A stretch of DNA of 64,000 bases, taken from contig JAPLPG010000314.1 in assembly GCA_026400375.1 (NCBI GenBank), positions 1,763 through 65,762 of the forward strand. The letters run 5' to 3'. Positions 39,024-48,009 of this stretch are shown here, in pieces. The notes below the pieces were generated by a model. The model was not told where the DNA came from, did no database searches, and was given only the letters and a program-made list of their open reading frames with translations. The DNA is from Novosphingobium sp. (GTDB lineage: Bacteria; Pseudomonadota; Alphaproteobacteria; Sphingomonadales; Sphingomonadaceae). Position 1 is the stretch's first letter, and each line of letters opens with the position of its first letter. A program made the translations under genes and the position numbers.

Positions 39024-39039
39024 AAAGGTCCAGACCATT
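39024..39039. promoter_or_regulatory. dre-like operator, copy 1 (HutC/UTRA GntR)
   Basis: AAAGGTCCAGACCATT in divergent promoter; related copies at 42854 and 45766. Confidence 0.7.
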
Positions 39040-39056
39040 GAGAAAGGCGCTGCGCG

Positions 39057-39725
39057 ATGTCGAGCTATGTCGAAGGCTTCACGGCTCCTGTCGTCATGAA
39101 CGCACGGACCACGGCACTGGTCATCGTCGACATGCAGTATGCCAGCGGCAGCCGCGATCATGGGCTGGGCAGGCTGCTGGGGCAGCAGGGCACGCTGGAC
39201 AGTGCGGCCTATCGCTTTGACCGGATCGATGCGCTGCTCATTCCCAACATCGCCCGGATGCTTGCCGCCTTCCGCGCCAACGGCACGCACATCGTTCATG
39301 TTACCGTGGGCAGCGAACGGCCGGATTTCAGCGATGCGCCGCGCCACATGCTGCCGTTCTTCACTGCGACCAACAATCACGCCGGCACGCGCGAGCACGA
39401 GATCGTCGATGCGCTGAAGCCGCGCCCGGGCGAACCGGTGTTCAACAAGGTGACGATGGGCGCATTTTCTTCCACCGGAATCGCCGCCCATCTTGCGTCG
39501 AGGGGTATCCGCGAGATCATCGTGACGGGGGTTTCGACCAACAACTGCGTGGGCATGACCGGTCAGGAAGCGGCAGACCGGGGCTTCGGCGTGGTGCTTG
39601 CCTCCGATGCCTCGGGCACCTGCAGCGACCTGATGCAGGATGCCTATGAAGCCACGTTCCGCCGCCTGTGGGGCCGCGTGGCCACGACCGACGAGATCAT
39701 CGCCGAAATCGCCCAGACCGTTTGA
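39057..39725 (+). CDS. Isochorismatase-family cysteine hydrolase
   Basis: VIVDMQ...NKVTMGAF...GVSTNNCV Asp-Lys-Cys triad. Confidence 0.9.
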   Translation: MSSYVEGFTAPVVMNARTTALVIVDMQYASGSRDHGLGRLLGQQGTLDSAAYRFDRIDALLIPNIARMLAAFRANGTHIVHVTVGSERPDFSDAPRHMLPFFTATNNHAGTREHEIVDALKPRPGEPVFNKVTMGAFSSTGIAAHLASRGIREIIVTGVSTNNCVGMTGQEAADRGFGVVLASDASGTCSDLMQDAYEATFRRLWGRVATTDEIIAEIAQTV

Positions 39726-39769
39726 GCAGGCGGCTCGAGCGAACGCCCGGGCCGGAAAAGGGAAATATC

Positions 39770-40627
39770 ATGGTTGCAAAGTCACTCGAAGTCCGGCCGC
39801 TGGCGGAAACGTTCGGGGCAGAGGTGCTCGGTGTCACCCTGTCTGGCGATATGGACGCTGATGCGTTCAACGAAATCAAGGCATTGTGGCTTCGCTACGA
39901 GCTGCTGCTGTTCCGGGATCAGCAGATCGAGAAGGAAGACCTGATCGGGTTCAGCGCCCGCATCGGCCCCCTCGAGATCCACCTGCGCGAGGAGTGGCTG
40001 AACAAGACCCATCCCGAGATCCTGCAGATCACCAACATCCGCGAGGACGGCAAGCCCACCGGCGCGCTGGCCGATGGCGAGGTTGGCTGGCACTTCGACC
40101 AGATCTACCTGCCCAAGCCGGCCATCGCCTCGCTGCTCTATTCGGTGAAGATCCCGCCGGTCGGTGGCGGCACGCACTTCGTCGACATGACCGCCGCCTA
40201 TGCGCGGCTGCCCCGCCATCTCAAGGATGCGGTCGACGGGCGCACGGCGGTCCAGGCCTACGTCGCGTTCAACCGCATGTATTCGACCGACACCAACGCC
40301 AAGCAGAAGAACCTGACGCCCGACATCGCCCATCCGCTGGTGCGCACGCATCCCTACAGCGGCCGTCGCGCACTCTATGTCTGCCCCGGCATGACCATCC
40401 GCATCAACGGCATGCCCGATGACGAAAGCGCCTCGGTGCTCGAAGAACTGTTCGCCTGGACGACGCGCGAAGAGTTCATCTATCGCCACGATTGGCGGGT
40501 CAGCGATGGACTGCTGTGGGACAATGCCTGCACCATGCACCGCCGCGATGACTTTGATGGCGGCTACGAACGGCTGATGTATCGCACCACCATCCTGCCG
40601 CAGCCCGACCGCGCGATTCCATTCTGA
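39770..40627 (+). CDS. TauD/TfdA family Fe(II)/2-oxoglutarate dioxygenase
   Basis: WHFD, GGGTHF, HPLVRTHP, WDNACTMHRR, RLMYR. Confidence 0.92.
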   Translation: MVAKSLEVRPLAETFGAEVLGVTLSGDMDADAFNEIKALWLRYELLLFRDQQIEKEDLIGFSARIGPLEIHLREEWLNKTHPEILQITNIREDGKPTGALADGEVGWHFDQIYLPKPAIASLLYSVKIPPVGGGTHFVDMTAAYARLPRHLKDAVDGRTAVQAYVAFNRMYSTDTNAKQKNLTPDIAHPLVRTHPYSGRRALYVCPGMTIRINGMPDDESASVLEELFAWTTREEFIYRHDWRVSDGLLWDNACTMHRRDDFDGGYERLMYRTTILPQPDRAIPF

Positions 40628-40629
40628 TC

Positions 40630-41265
40630 ATGTCGTCGGCGCCGCCACTCGTCTGGTACTTCGACGTCATTTCGCCGTTCGCGGCGCTGGCGATTCCAGA
40701 GATCGAAACGCTGTGCACGCAGCACGCGGTCACCTTCCGCCCGGTGCTGTTTGCGGGCCTGCTCAAGGCGTTCGGGCATCTTGGCCCGGCGGAAATTCCG
40801 GCCAAGCGCACCCAGACCTATCGCATCGCCCAATGGATCGCGCATGAGCGCGGCATTGCCTTTCGCACGCCGCCCGCTCATCCCTTCAACCCGCTCGCGC
40901 TGCTGCGCCTGCTGTGCGTGCGCGATCTGGCCGTGGCCGACGTTGCCGTCGCGTTCCGGCTCGTATGGGGTGAGGGGCGCGATCCCGAATGCCCGGACAC
41001 GGCCGCTGCGCTTGCCACGGCGCTGGGCGTCCAGCCCGAAGCGGCGAACGGTCCGGCGGTCAAGGAATGCCTGCGCGCCAACACCGCAGCAGCGGTTGCG
41101 GTGGGGGTTTACGGCGTGCCGACGCTGGCGATCGGCGAAGAGCTGTTCTGGGGGCTCGACACCATGCCGATGGCGCGTGCCTATCTGGCGGATCCCGCGC
41201 TGTTCGCGCGGGGCGAAATGGCGCGAATATCCCGCCTGCCGATGGCCACCCGGCGCCCGCGCTGA
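40630..41265 (+). CDS. 2-hydroxychromene-2-carboxylate isomerase / kappa-GST (DsbA-like)
   Basis: YFDVISPFA, PAEIPAKR, HPFNP, GVYGVPT, LFWGLD. Confidence 0.88.
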   Translation: MSSAPPLVWYFDVISPFAALAIPEIETLCTQHAVTFRPVLFAGLLKAFGHLGPAEIPAKRTQTYRIAQWIAHERGIAFRTPPAHPFNPLALLRLLCVRDLAVADVAVAFRLVWGEGRDPECPDTAAALATALGVQPEAANGPAVKECLRANTAAAVAVGVYGVPTLAIGEELFWGLDTMPMARAYLADPALFARGEMARISRLPMATRRPR

Positions 41266-41268
41266 CGC

Positions 41269-42771
41269 TTATTCAGAGCAGCCCTTGGCACAGCAGCGGC
41301 CGGGCTGCTTGTCACGCGCCGGGCCCTTGCCCAGGTCCAGCGCGCCGCGATCGAGCAGCGCCTGGACCAGATCCTTGCGATCCTGAATCGGATAGTTGCG
41401 CAGGATTTCCATCTTCATCGCCTCGGGCGATCCGCCGCCATGCAGGCTGATCACCGAATACCAGCCGCCAGTTTCCGACGCGGTCAGATCCTCGATGAAC
41501 CGCGCGACATTGGCGCGGTGGGCATAAGGCACATCGGGCCGGCCCCGCAGCAGCGCCTCGATCATCGGCGCGGTGGCGGGGTTGTGATCCTCGTCGGGAG
41601 AGGGCAGGCCGACGACCAGTCCGCCCGAAACCTCGTGCGCGATGCGGTGCATGTCGTAGATCTGGTTGGCCAGCAGCAGCTTGCCAATGTTGGAATAGAT
41701 CTGTTCGGGCCGGAAGTTGCCCGCCGCGTCTTCCTCGCCAAAGGTGGAGGCAGCCACACCGCAGGCGTAGAATCCTTCGGTGATCTTGATCAGTTCGACC
41801 ATCTTGTCCTTGAGGTGCGAAATCCGGTCAAGCTCCAGCCCGTTGGCGTCCATCATCATCGCGCCCGCGCCGATCAGCAGATCGCCAAAGCCCGCGCGCG
41901 CGCCGATGCAGCTGTGGCGGTGGTGCGTGGCATAGTTGGTGGTCATCAGGTGGGCCTCTTCGGTTTCCCCATCGATGAACACCTTGTCCCACGGCACGAA
42001 GACATCGTCGAAATGCACCACCGCGACCGATTGCGCGAACTTGGCACTGAACTTTGCGGCGGCATTGCCGGGGCGGCCGGCAGGTCGCGAGACGACCGTG
42101 ACGCCGGGGGCATCAATCGGCACCGCGCAGGCCACGGCAAAATCGCTGTCTTCCGGGCGCATCCGGCGGCAGGGCAGGATCAGGAATTCGTGCATGTAGG
42201 GCCCGCCGGTGACGATGGCCTTGACGCCCGCAATCACGATGCCATCGGCCCGCCTCTCGCGCACATGGACATACGACAGCGGCTCTGCCTGTTCGGACGG
42301 GCGTTTTGACCGGTCGCCCTTGCCATCGGTCATGGCAATGCCGATGGCGAGGTCTTTCGCCTGCGCATCGGCGATATAGGCCTTAAGACGATCGTGGCTT
42401 TCCCCGCCGGTGCGCTGGGTGATCCGCCAGGTCGCTTCCCACAGGCCGTTGAACGCATCGTGCGTCAGATAGCGTTGGGTGCAGCCACCGTACTGGCAGG
42501 TGAGGCGCACCGCCTCCAGCTTGTCGAGCAAGTCCTCGCGGCTGCGGTTGATGGCAAGGAAACGGTTGACCGGTGCGCCGGACAGGCCAGTGGTGGTCAT
42601 CACCCTGGCCGAGTCCGGCAGCAGCGCGAAATCGTATGTGAGGCCCACGGCATTGATGCCCGGCTCCAGCCGCGGTTCGTCCGCCACCGATGGCACCAGA
42701 TCGCCGCCGACATAGACCCGCGGGCTGAGGCGGCGCAGCGATTCACGGTATTCTGAGGCGGACATGAGCAC
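41269..42771 (-). CDS. 4-hydroxybutyryl-CoA dehydratase (AbfD)/HpaB-family flavoprotein, variant
   Basis: EYRESL, AMTDGKGDRS, DGIVIAGVKA, VFVPWDKVF, SLHGGGSPEA. Confidence 0.85.
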   Translation of the reverse strand: MLMSASEYRESLRRLSPRVYVGGDLVPSVADEPRLEPGINAVGLTYDFALLPDSARVMTTTGLSGAPVNRFLAINRSREDLLDKLEAVRLTCQYGGCTQRYLTHDAFNGLWEATWRITQRTGGESHDRLKAYIADAQAKDLAIGIAMTDGKGDRSKRPSEQAEPLSYVHVRERRADGIVIAGVKAIVTGGPYMHEFLILPCRRMRPEDSDFAVACAVPIDAPGVTVVSRPAGRPGNAAAKFSAKFAQSVAVVHFDDVFVPWDKVFIDGETEEAHLMTTNYATHHRHSCIGARAGFGDLLIGAGAMMMDANGLELDRISHLKDKMVELIKITEGFYACGVAASTFGEEDAAGNFRPEQIYSNIGKLLLANQIYDMHRIAHEVSGGLVVGLPSPDEDHNPATAPMIEALLRGRPDVPYAHRANVARFIEDLTASETGGWYSVISLHGGGSPEAMKMEILRNYPIQDRKDLVQALLDRGALDLGKGPARDKQPGRCCAKGCSE

Positions 42772-42853
42772 GGCGCAGGTTCCTTCGGCTTGCCAAATCA
42801 ATCGGACCGGACATTCGGCCTTGAAGGCCGCTCCCCGTTCCCTTACCCGTTAA

Positions 42854-42869
42854 AAAGGTCCGGACCAAT
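42854..42869. promoter_or_regulatory. dre-like operator, copy 2
   Basis: AAAGGTCCGGACCAAT in divergent promoter. Confidence 0.7.
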
Positions 42870-42883
42870 AGAAAGTGCATGTG

Positions 42884-44064
42884 ATGAACGGTGAAAATCT
42901 GGCGCCAGAGGCGTTTGCCGGGGCCTTTGACGGGCTAAAGGTGCTGGATCTGGCAACATTCATCGCCGGTCCCTATTGCGCCACCTACCTTGCCGAATTT
43001 GGCGCCGACGTGGTCAAGGTGGAACTGACCGGCAGCGGCGATCCGGTGCGCAAGTTCGGTACGCAGACCGATACCGGCGATACGCTGGTGTGGTTGAGCG
43101 AGGGGCGCAACAAGCGATCGATCGAACTGGACTTGCGCACGCCCGATGGTGCGGAAACGCTGCGCCGGCTTGTGGCCGTGGCCGATGTGCTGGTGGAGAA
43201 CTTCCAGCCCGGCACGCTGGAGCGCTGGGGCCTGGGCCCGGATGTGCTGCAGGCCATCAACCCGCGCCTGATCATCGCGCGCGTTACCGCCTATGGCCAG
43301 ACCGGACCCTACAGCGACCGGCCCGGATTTGGCCGTATTGCCAATGCCTTCAGCGGCATATCCTACCTTTGCGGAGAGCCGGATGCGCACCCGCTTCGCC
43401 CGGCACGGCGACCCTGTCGGACTACCTGACCGGGGTCTACGCCGCGCTCGGCGTGCTGACCGCGCTGCATGTGCGCGAGCGGACGGGACGTGGCCAGATC
43501 ATCGACCTCGGCCTCTATGAGGGCACGTTCCGCCTGCTCGATGAACTGGCCCCGGCCTATGCCCGCAACGGCTTCGTGCGCGAGCGGATGGGCGCGGGCA
43601 CGGTAAACGCGGTGCCGCATAGTCACTATCCGACCAAGGACGGCAAGTGGGTGGCAATCGCCTGCACCAACGACAAGATCTTCGGCCGTCTTGCCGCGAT
43701 CATGGGCCGGATGGAGGTGACTGGCGATGGCATCTATGGCACGATTGCCCGACGCGAAGCCCGCCGCGCAGAGGTGGACGCGTTTGTCAGCCGCTGGACC
43801 AGCGGCATGACCCGTGACGAGATCCTGACCGCGTGCGAAGCGGGGCAGGTGCCCTGCGGCCCGGTCTATGGCATCGACGAAATCTTCGAAGACCCGCAAT
43901 ACGCCGCACGTGGCAATCTGGTCCGCATCGATGACGAGCGCGCCGGCGAACTGACGCTGCCGGGCGTCTGCCCGCGCCTCAGCGAAACGCCGGGCAGCAT
44001 CCGCTGGGCCGGGCGCGCGCTGGGGGCAGACAGCGCGGCGGTTCTGGCGGACTGGCTGGGTTAG
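42884..44064 (+). CDS. Family III CoA-transferase (CaiB/BaiF), 1-nt frameshift near 43385
   Basis: [29 protein letters not shown]; continues in shifted frame APASPG..LSDY...PRLSETPG. Confidence 0.88.
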
Positions 44065-44975
44065 AGCCGCGCCGCAAGCGCCAGAACCTGCTGCGCCTTT
44101 TCGACAATCGGGTAGTCCACGAAATAGCCATCGACCTTGATCGAGGCGGACCCGGCATTTTCCGCCGCGTTGAACGCATCGACGATCTTCTGCGCGCGTG
44201 CGATTTCCTTGGCGCTGGGCATGAACGACTGGTTGGTTAGCGCCACTTGCGCCGGGTGGATCAGCAGCTTGCCCTGGAAGCCGAACTTGACCCCTGTCAC
44301 CACGGATGCGGCAAAGCTGTCCTCGTCCGCCAGATCGATGTGTACCGTATCGATCGGCGCTTCCAGCCCGCCAACGCGCGAGGCCAGCACCAGCCGTCCA
44401 CGGGCATAGGCCAGCTCGGCTTCGTCGGCGCTCCACTTCATGCGCATGTCACGGGTGAAATCGCCTGCGCCAAACGAGACGCGCCTGATCCGGGTGCCAG
44501 CCGCAATGATCGCATCGAGAGCGTGGAGCCCGGCGCCGGTCTCGATGATCGGCATCAGGTCGATCCCGCCCATCGGCAGGCCGCGCTCGCGCTCGAACTG
44601 TGCGATCAGCCAGTCGATCAGCACGATTTCTTCGGGTTTCTCGATCTTGGGGGCGACGATCCCGTCAAGCCAGGGGCCGATCACGCCATCCAGATCGCGC
44701 AGGCACCATTCGGTGTCGGTAGCGTTGATCCGCACGTACCCAAGGCATTTGCGCGGGGCGGACAGCGCCTCCACCGCCGTGGCCCGGCTTGCCGCCTTCT
44801 CGGACGCGGCGCAGGCATCCTCAAGGTCGAGGATCACCGCATCCGCGCCGCTTTCGAACACCTTTTGCACCTTGCGCGGGTGGTTGGCGGGCGCGAACAG
44901 GAAGCTGCGGATGGGGGCGGCGGCACTGGCCGGACCGCCCTTGATCTGGGCGAGTGTGATGAATTCCTCCGTCAT
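44061..44975 (-). CDS. CitE/HpcH family CoA-ester lyase (malyl/citramalyl/citryl-CoA lyase-like)
   Basis: RSFLFAPA, ILDLEDA, VRIN, IIETG, GAGDF, GFQGKLLIHP.Q. Confidence 0.9.
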   Translation of the reverse strand: MTEEFITLAQIKGGPASAAAPIRSFLFAPANHPRKVQKVFESGADAVILDLEDACAASEKAASRATAVEALSAPRKCLGYVRINATDTEWCLRDLDGVIGPWLDGIVAPKIEKPEEIVLIDWLIAQFERERGLPMGGIDLMPIIETGAGLHALDAIIAAGTRIRRVSFGAGDFTRDMRMKWSADEAELAYARGRLVLASRVGGLEAPIDTVHIDLADEDSFAASVVTGVKFGFQGKLLIHPAQVALTNQSFMPSAKEIARAQKIVDAFNAAENAGSASIKVDGYFVDYPIVEKAQQVLALAARL

Positions 44976-45718
44976 GGTGCGCCCACGCTTCCTTCCTTGC
45001 GTTTGAGATCGACCGAATAGGAAAAGCGCCCGGCAGGATGTTCGCTGACCGAAACCTCGAACAGGCGGCCGGTGCGATCGCGGTAGCGGCGCACGATGAT
45101 CAGCGCCGGGCTGCCGGGCGCCACTTCCAGCGCCTCGGCCTTGCGCTGCGATAGCGATCCGGCGAGCAGCTCGGCGTTGATGTCGGTCGCGTGCATGCCG
45201 TAGGTCTGTTCCATCAATTGGAACACCGGTGTGGAATCCTTGCCGATCCGGTCGGCCACTTCGGCATATTCCGCCGGAACATAGATATCGCTCCAGCACA
45301 CCGGGCTGCGCCTGGCTTCGATGCGGATCGTTTCGATCCGGGCCCAGCGCGTGCCGACCGAGCACGGCAGCATCTGCGCCAGCGCCACATCGGCTTCGAC
45401 AATCGTGGTGCGCAGCGCTTTCAGCCGGGTTTGCGGCGCATATTGCAGCAGTTCTTCCATCGAACCGAGCTTCTGGACCATCTGTTCCACCGGTTCGCGC
45501 GCGGTGACCACCGTGCCGTTGCGCCGCTGGCGGCTGATCAGCCCGCTTTCCTCCAGCCGGCTCATCGCCTCGCGGATGGTGAAGCGGCTGACGTCATAGA
45601 GGCTGGCCAGGGTCTGTTCGGGGGCCAGGCGTTCGCCCACGGGCCATTTGCCCGATGCGATTTCGCCCTGAATCTGGTCGGCAATCTCCCGATATCGCGG
45701 GATGGGCGGGGAAGACAT
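44972..45718 (-). CDS. GntR family regulator, HutC subfamily (UTRA domain)
   Basis: RY..IAD..E..LA..YDVSRFTIREA...GT; UTRA-like C-terminus PALIIVRRY....FEVS. Confidence 0.9.
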   Translation of the reverse strand: MSSPPIPRYREIADQIQGEIASGKWPVGERLAPEQTLASLYDVSRFTIREAMSRLEESGLISRQRRNGTVVTAREPVEQMVQKLGSMEELLQYAPQTRLKALRTTIVEADVALAQMLPCSVGTRWARIETIRIEARRSPVCWSDIYVPAEYAEVADRIGKDSTPVFQLMEQTYGMHATDINAELLAGSLSQRKAEALEVAPGSPALIIVRRYRDRTGRLFEVSVSEHPAGRFSYSVDLKRKEGSVGAP

Positions 45719-45765
45719 CAGGGGCAATTTCCGTGTGCAGATCGTGGGCTGTAGGCAGTGCGATT

Positions 45766-45781
45766 ATTGGTCTGGACCATT
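45766..45781. promoter_or_regulatory. dre-like operator, copy 3 (probable autoregulatory site)
   Basis: ATTGGTCTGGACCATT upstream of the UTRA GntR and divergent racemase-like gene. Confidence 0.75.
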
Positions 45782-45862
45782 GGATAATAAGTTAGCATAG
45801 TTCAAGGGCGAGGCAAACCCGCTGATCCCGGTGGCCACTGCCCGCTGCGAAAGGACATTGGC

Positions 45863-46639
45863 ATGACCGACAAGCGCGTTCTGGTGATCGTTCCGTTTCC
45901 GCTCGATGACGAAGGGGTCGCCAACCGTAAGGCGCAGCTTGATTCCGTCCAGCTTGGGCCGGGAATCAGCTTCGATTACAAGCCCGTAAAGGCGGCGCCC
46001 GCGCTCTATGACAGCCATCATGACTATGTCCTGGCCGATATCTCGATCTTCGAGGCGGGCCTGAGCGCCGAAAAGGACGGCTACGACGCGGTGTGCATCG
46101 ATACGATGAGCGATTCCGGCATGAATGCGCTGCGCTCGGTCCTCGATATTCCAGTGATCTCGCCCGGCCGGGCGTCGTTCCTTACCGCGCTGATGTTCGC
46201 CAACAATTTTTCGGTGCTCACCCAGTGGGCGCCGTGGAAGGGCCTCTATACCAAGACGTTGCGCGAATATGGACTGGAGGACAAATGCGTGTCGGTGCGC
46301 TCTCCCAACATCGCGCCCGATGTGTCCAACTTGCTGGGCGGCAAGGAGGAGGATGTGTTCCCAAAGCTGCTGGAAAGCGCGATGCAATGTGTCGAGGATG
46401 GCGCGCAGGCGATCTGCCTCGGTTCCACCACCATGCACCAGAGCCATGCCTGGCTGGCCGAACGGCTGCCCGTGCCGCTGATCAACCCCGGGCCGCTGAC
46501 CTACAAGCTGGTCGAGGCGGCCCTGTCGCTGGGCCTGAAGCACAGCCGCGCCGCCTATCCCCGGCCGCACGTCTACATGGGCGAGATGATCAGTGGCATG
46601 CTCGACGGTGGCGCGCGGGTGCAGCAGGGCCAGGGCTGA
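45863..46639 (+). CDS. Asp/Glu/hydantoin racemase-fold protein (copy 2; Thr/Ser at catalytic positions)
   Basis: IDTMSDSG, ICLGSTTMHQS, PLINPG; paralog of 28795. Confidence 0.88.
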   Translation: MTDKRVLVIVPFPLDDEGVANRKAQLDSVQLGPGISFDYKPVKAAPALYDSHHDYVLADISIFEAGLSAEKDGYDAVCIDTMSDSGMNALRSVLDIPVISPGRASFLTALMFANNFSVLTQWAPWKGLYTKTLREYGLEDKCVSVRSPNIAPDVSNLLGGKEEDVFPKLLESAMQCVEDGAQAICLGSTTMHQSHAWLAERLPVPLINPGPLTYKLVEAALSLGLKHSRAAYPRPHVYMGEMISGMLDGGARVQQGQG

Positions 46640-46669
46640 CCGGCGATCGGACATCCAGCTTCTGCCCGC

Positions 46670-47869
46670 CTGAGCCAACGCGGTCTCGGCACGCTTTTCG
46701 CAACGTCGATCATCCAGATCGCGGCATCGTTCACGATTGCCGCGCCGCTGGCCATATCGGTGGTGATCGTGCAGGCGCAGCATCTGCCGGAAAGCTGGAT
46801 CGGATATTATACCTCGCTGATGTACGGGGCGGCGATTGTCGGGTCGGTCAGCACGGCGCGGCTGATGGCGCAGTTCAGCGTCCGTTCCCTGCAACTGGGA
46901 TCGGTCGTGGCGACGGGGCTGGGCTACGCACTGTTTGCCGGGATCGGCATGTCGGTGCTGCCGGTGGCGCTGGCCTGCCTTGGCATCCTGCTGATGGGCA
47001 TGGCCTATGGGGTCATCGTACCGTCCAGCTCGTTCGTGCTGGCGCAGACCTATTCGCACCGGATGCAGCCCCTGGTCGTTTCGCTGCGGCAGACGGGCGT
47101 GCCGGTGGGCACGGCGCTGGTGGCGCTGGTTGCGCCGCATGTCGCCCAGCGGCACGGCTGGCACGCGGTGACCTGGGTGGTGCTGGCGGCACTGGGGCTG
47201 ACCTTCGCGCTGTCGGTTCCGGGGCTCAGGAATCATGGCGCGGTTTCAATGCAACTGCCGCAACGCCAGCATCTGCTGGCATCGTTGCGCGGTGTTCTGC
47301 AGGAACCTGCCGCCGCCCGCCTTGCGGTGATTGCTGGCATCTACGCGATGAACCAGGCTGCGCTGACCACATATCTAGTGCCGGGGCTGTTCTGGTTGCA
47401 TGGTCTGTCGGTGGGCAAATCCGCCGGATACCTGGCCATTGCCACCGTGGCGGGCGCAGTGGCGCGGATCGTGTTCGGACTGACCATCGCGCGGTTCGGC
47501 CGCACCGCCTTGCACCTTGCGCTGATCGGCCTGATGACGGGCGTGGCATGGGCCCTGCTGCTCTGGCCGTTGCCGTCGGCGCTGCGGCTGACAGCGGGCA
47601 GCGTGGTGCTGGGCATGACGGCCATGGGCTGGAACGGTATCCTGCTCGCAGAACTGGGGCGCTCGGCACCCGCCGGCAGGACGGCCGAGGCCGTGGCGAC
47701 AGGCACGTCGTTTGCCTATCTCGGCGTGCTGGTTGCGCCGCTGGCGTTCGTGCAACTCGATCATCTGCTGGGCAGCAAGGCCGCTGCGCTTGCGGGCATC
47801 GCGCTGCTGGCGGTCATTGCCGGTGCCGCGCTGCTGCGCCGCAGCGCAACGTCTTCAGCCTGGGTCTGA
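46670..47869 (+). CDS. MFS transporter (start uncertain)
   Basis: Multiple TM segments, RQTGVPVG, GWNG motifs; frame open from 46640, first canonical start 46760, CTG at 46670. Confidence 0.75.
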   Translation: MSQRGLGTLFATSIIQIAASFTIAAPLAISVVIVQAQHLPESWIGYYTSLMYGAAIVGSVSTARLMAQFSVRSLQLGSVVATGLGYALFAGIGMSVLPVALACLGILLMGMAYGVIVPSSSFVLAQTYSHRMQPLVVSLRQTGVPVGTALVALVAPHVAQRHGWHAVTWVVLAALGLTFALSVPGLRNHGAVSMQLPQRQHLLASLRGVLQEPAAARLAVIAGIYAMNQAALTTYLVPGLFWLHGLSVGKSAGYLAIATVAGAVARIVFGLTIARFGRTALHLALIGLMTGVAWALLLWPLPSALRLTAGSVVLGMTAMGWNGILLAELGRSAPAGRTAEAVATGTSFAYLGVLVAPLAFVQLDHLLGSKAAALAGIALLAVIAGAALLRRSATSSAWV

Positions 47870-48009
47870 CCGCTCTGAAAGCGCCCTGGCCCGACCGCAC
47901 GCCCAAGCTCCATTGCAAAACATCTTGTGCGGCAGCGGGCAGGGCAGTTAGGACGCGGTGATGAAAAGCTTTACCTCGGCCTTGCCATCCGATCGCCGTG
48001 GAGACCGGC

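Noticed and set aside
46637-46639. In-frame TGA as selenocysteine recoding
   Set aside because: No recognisable SECIS hairpin; the position is the natural end of the racemase fold, matching its paralog
46093-47961. 622-aa + strand ORF across the racemase-like and MFS genes
   Set aside because: Arg/Gly/Ala-rich alternative frame with no motifs
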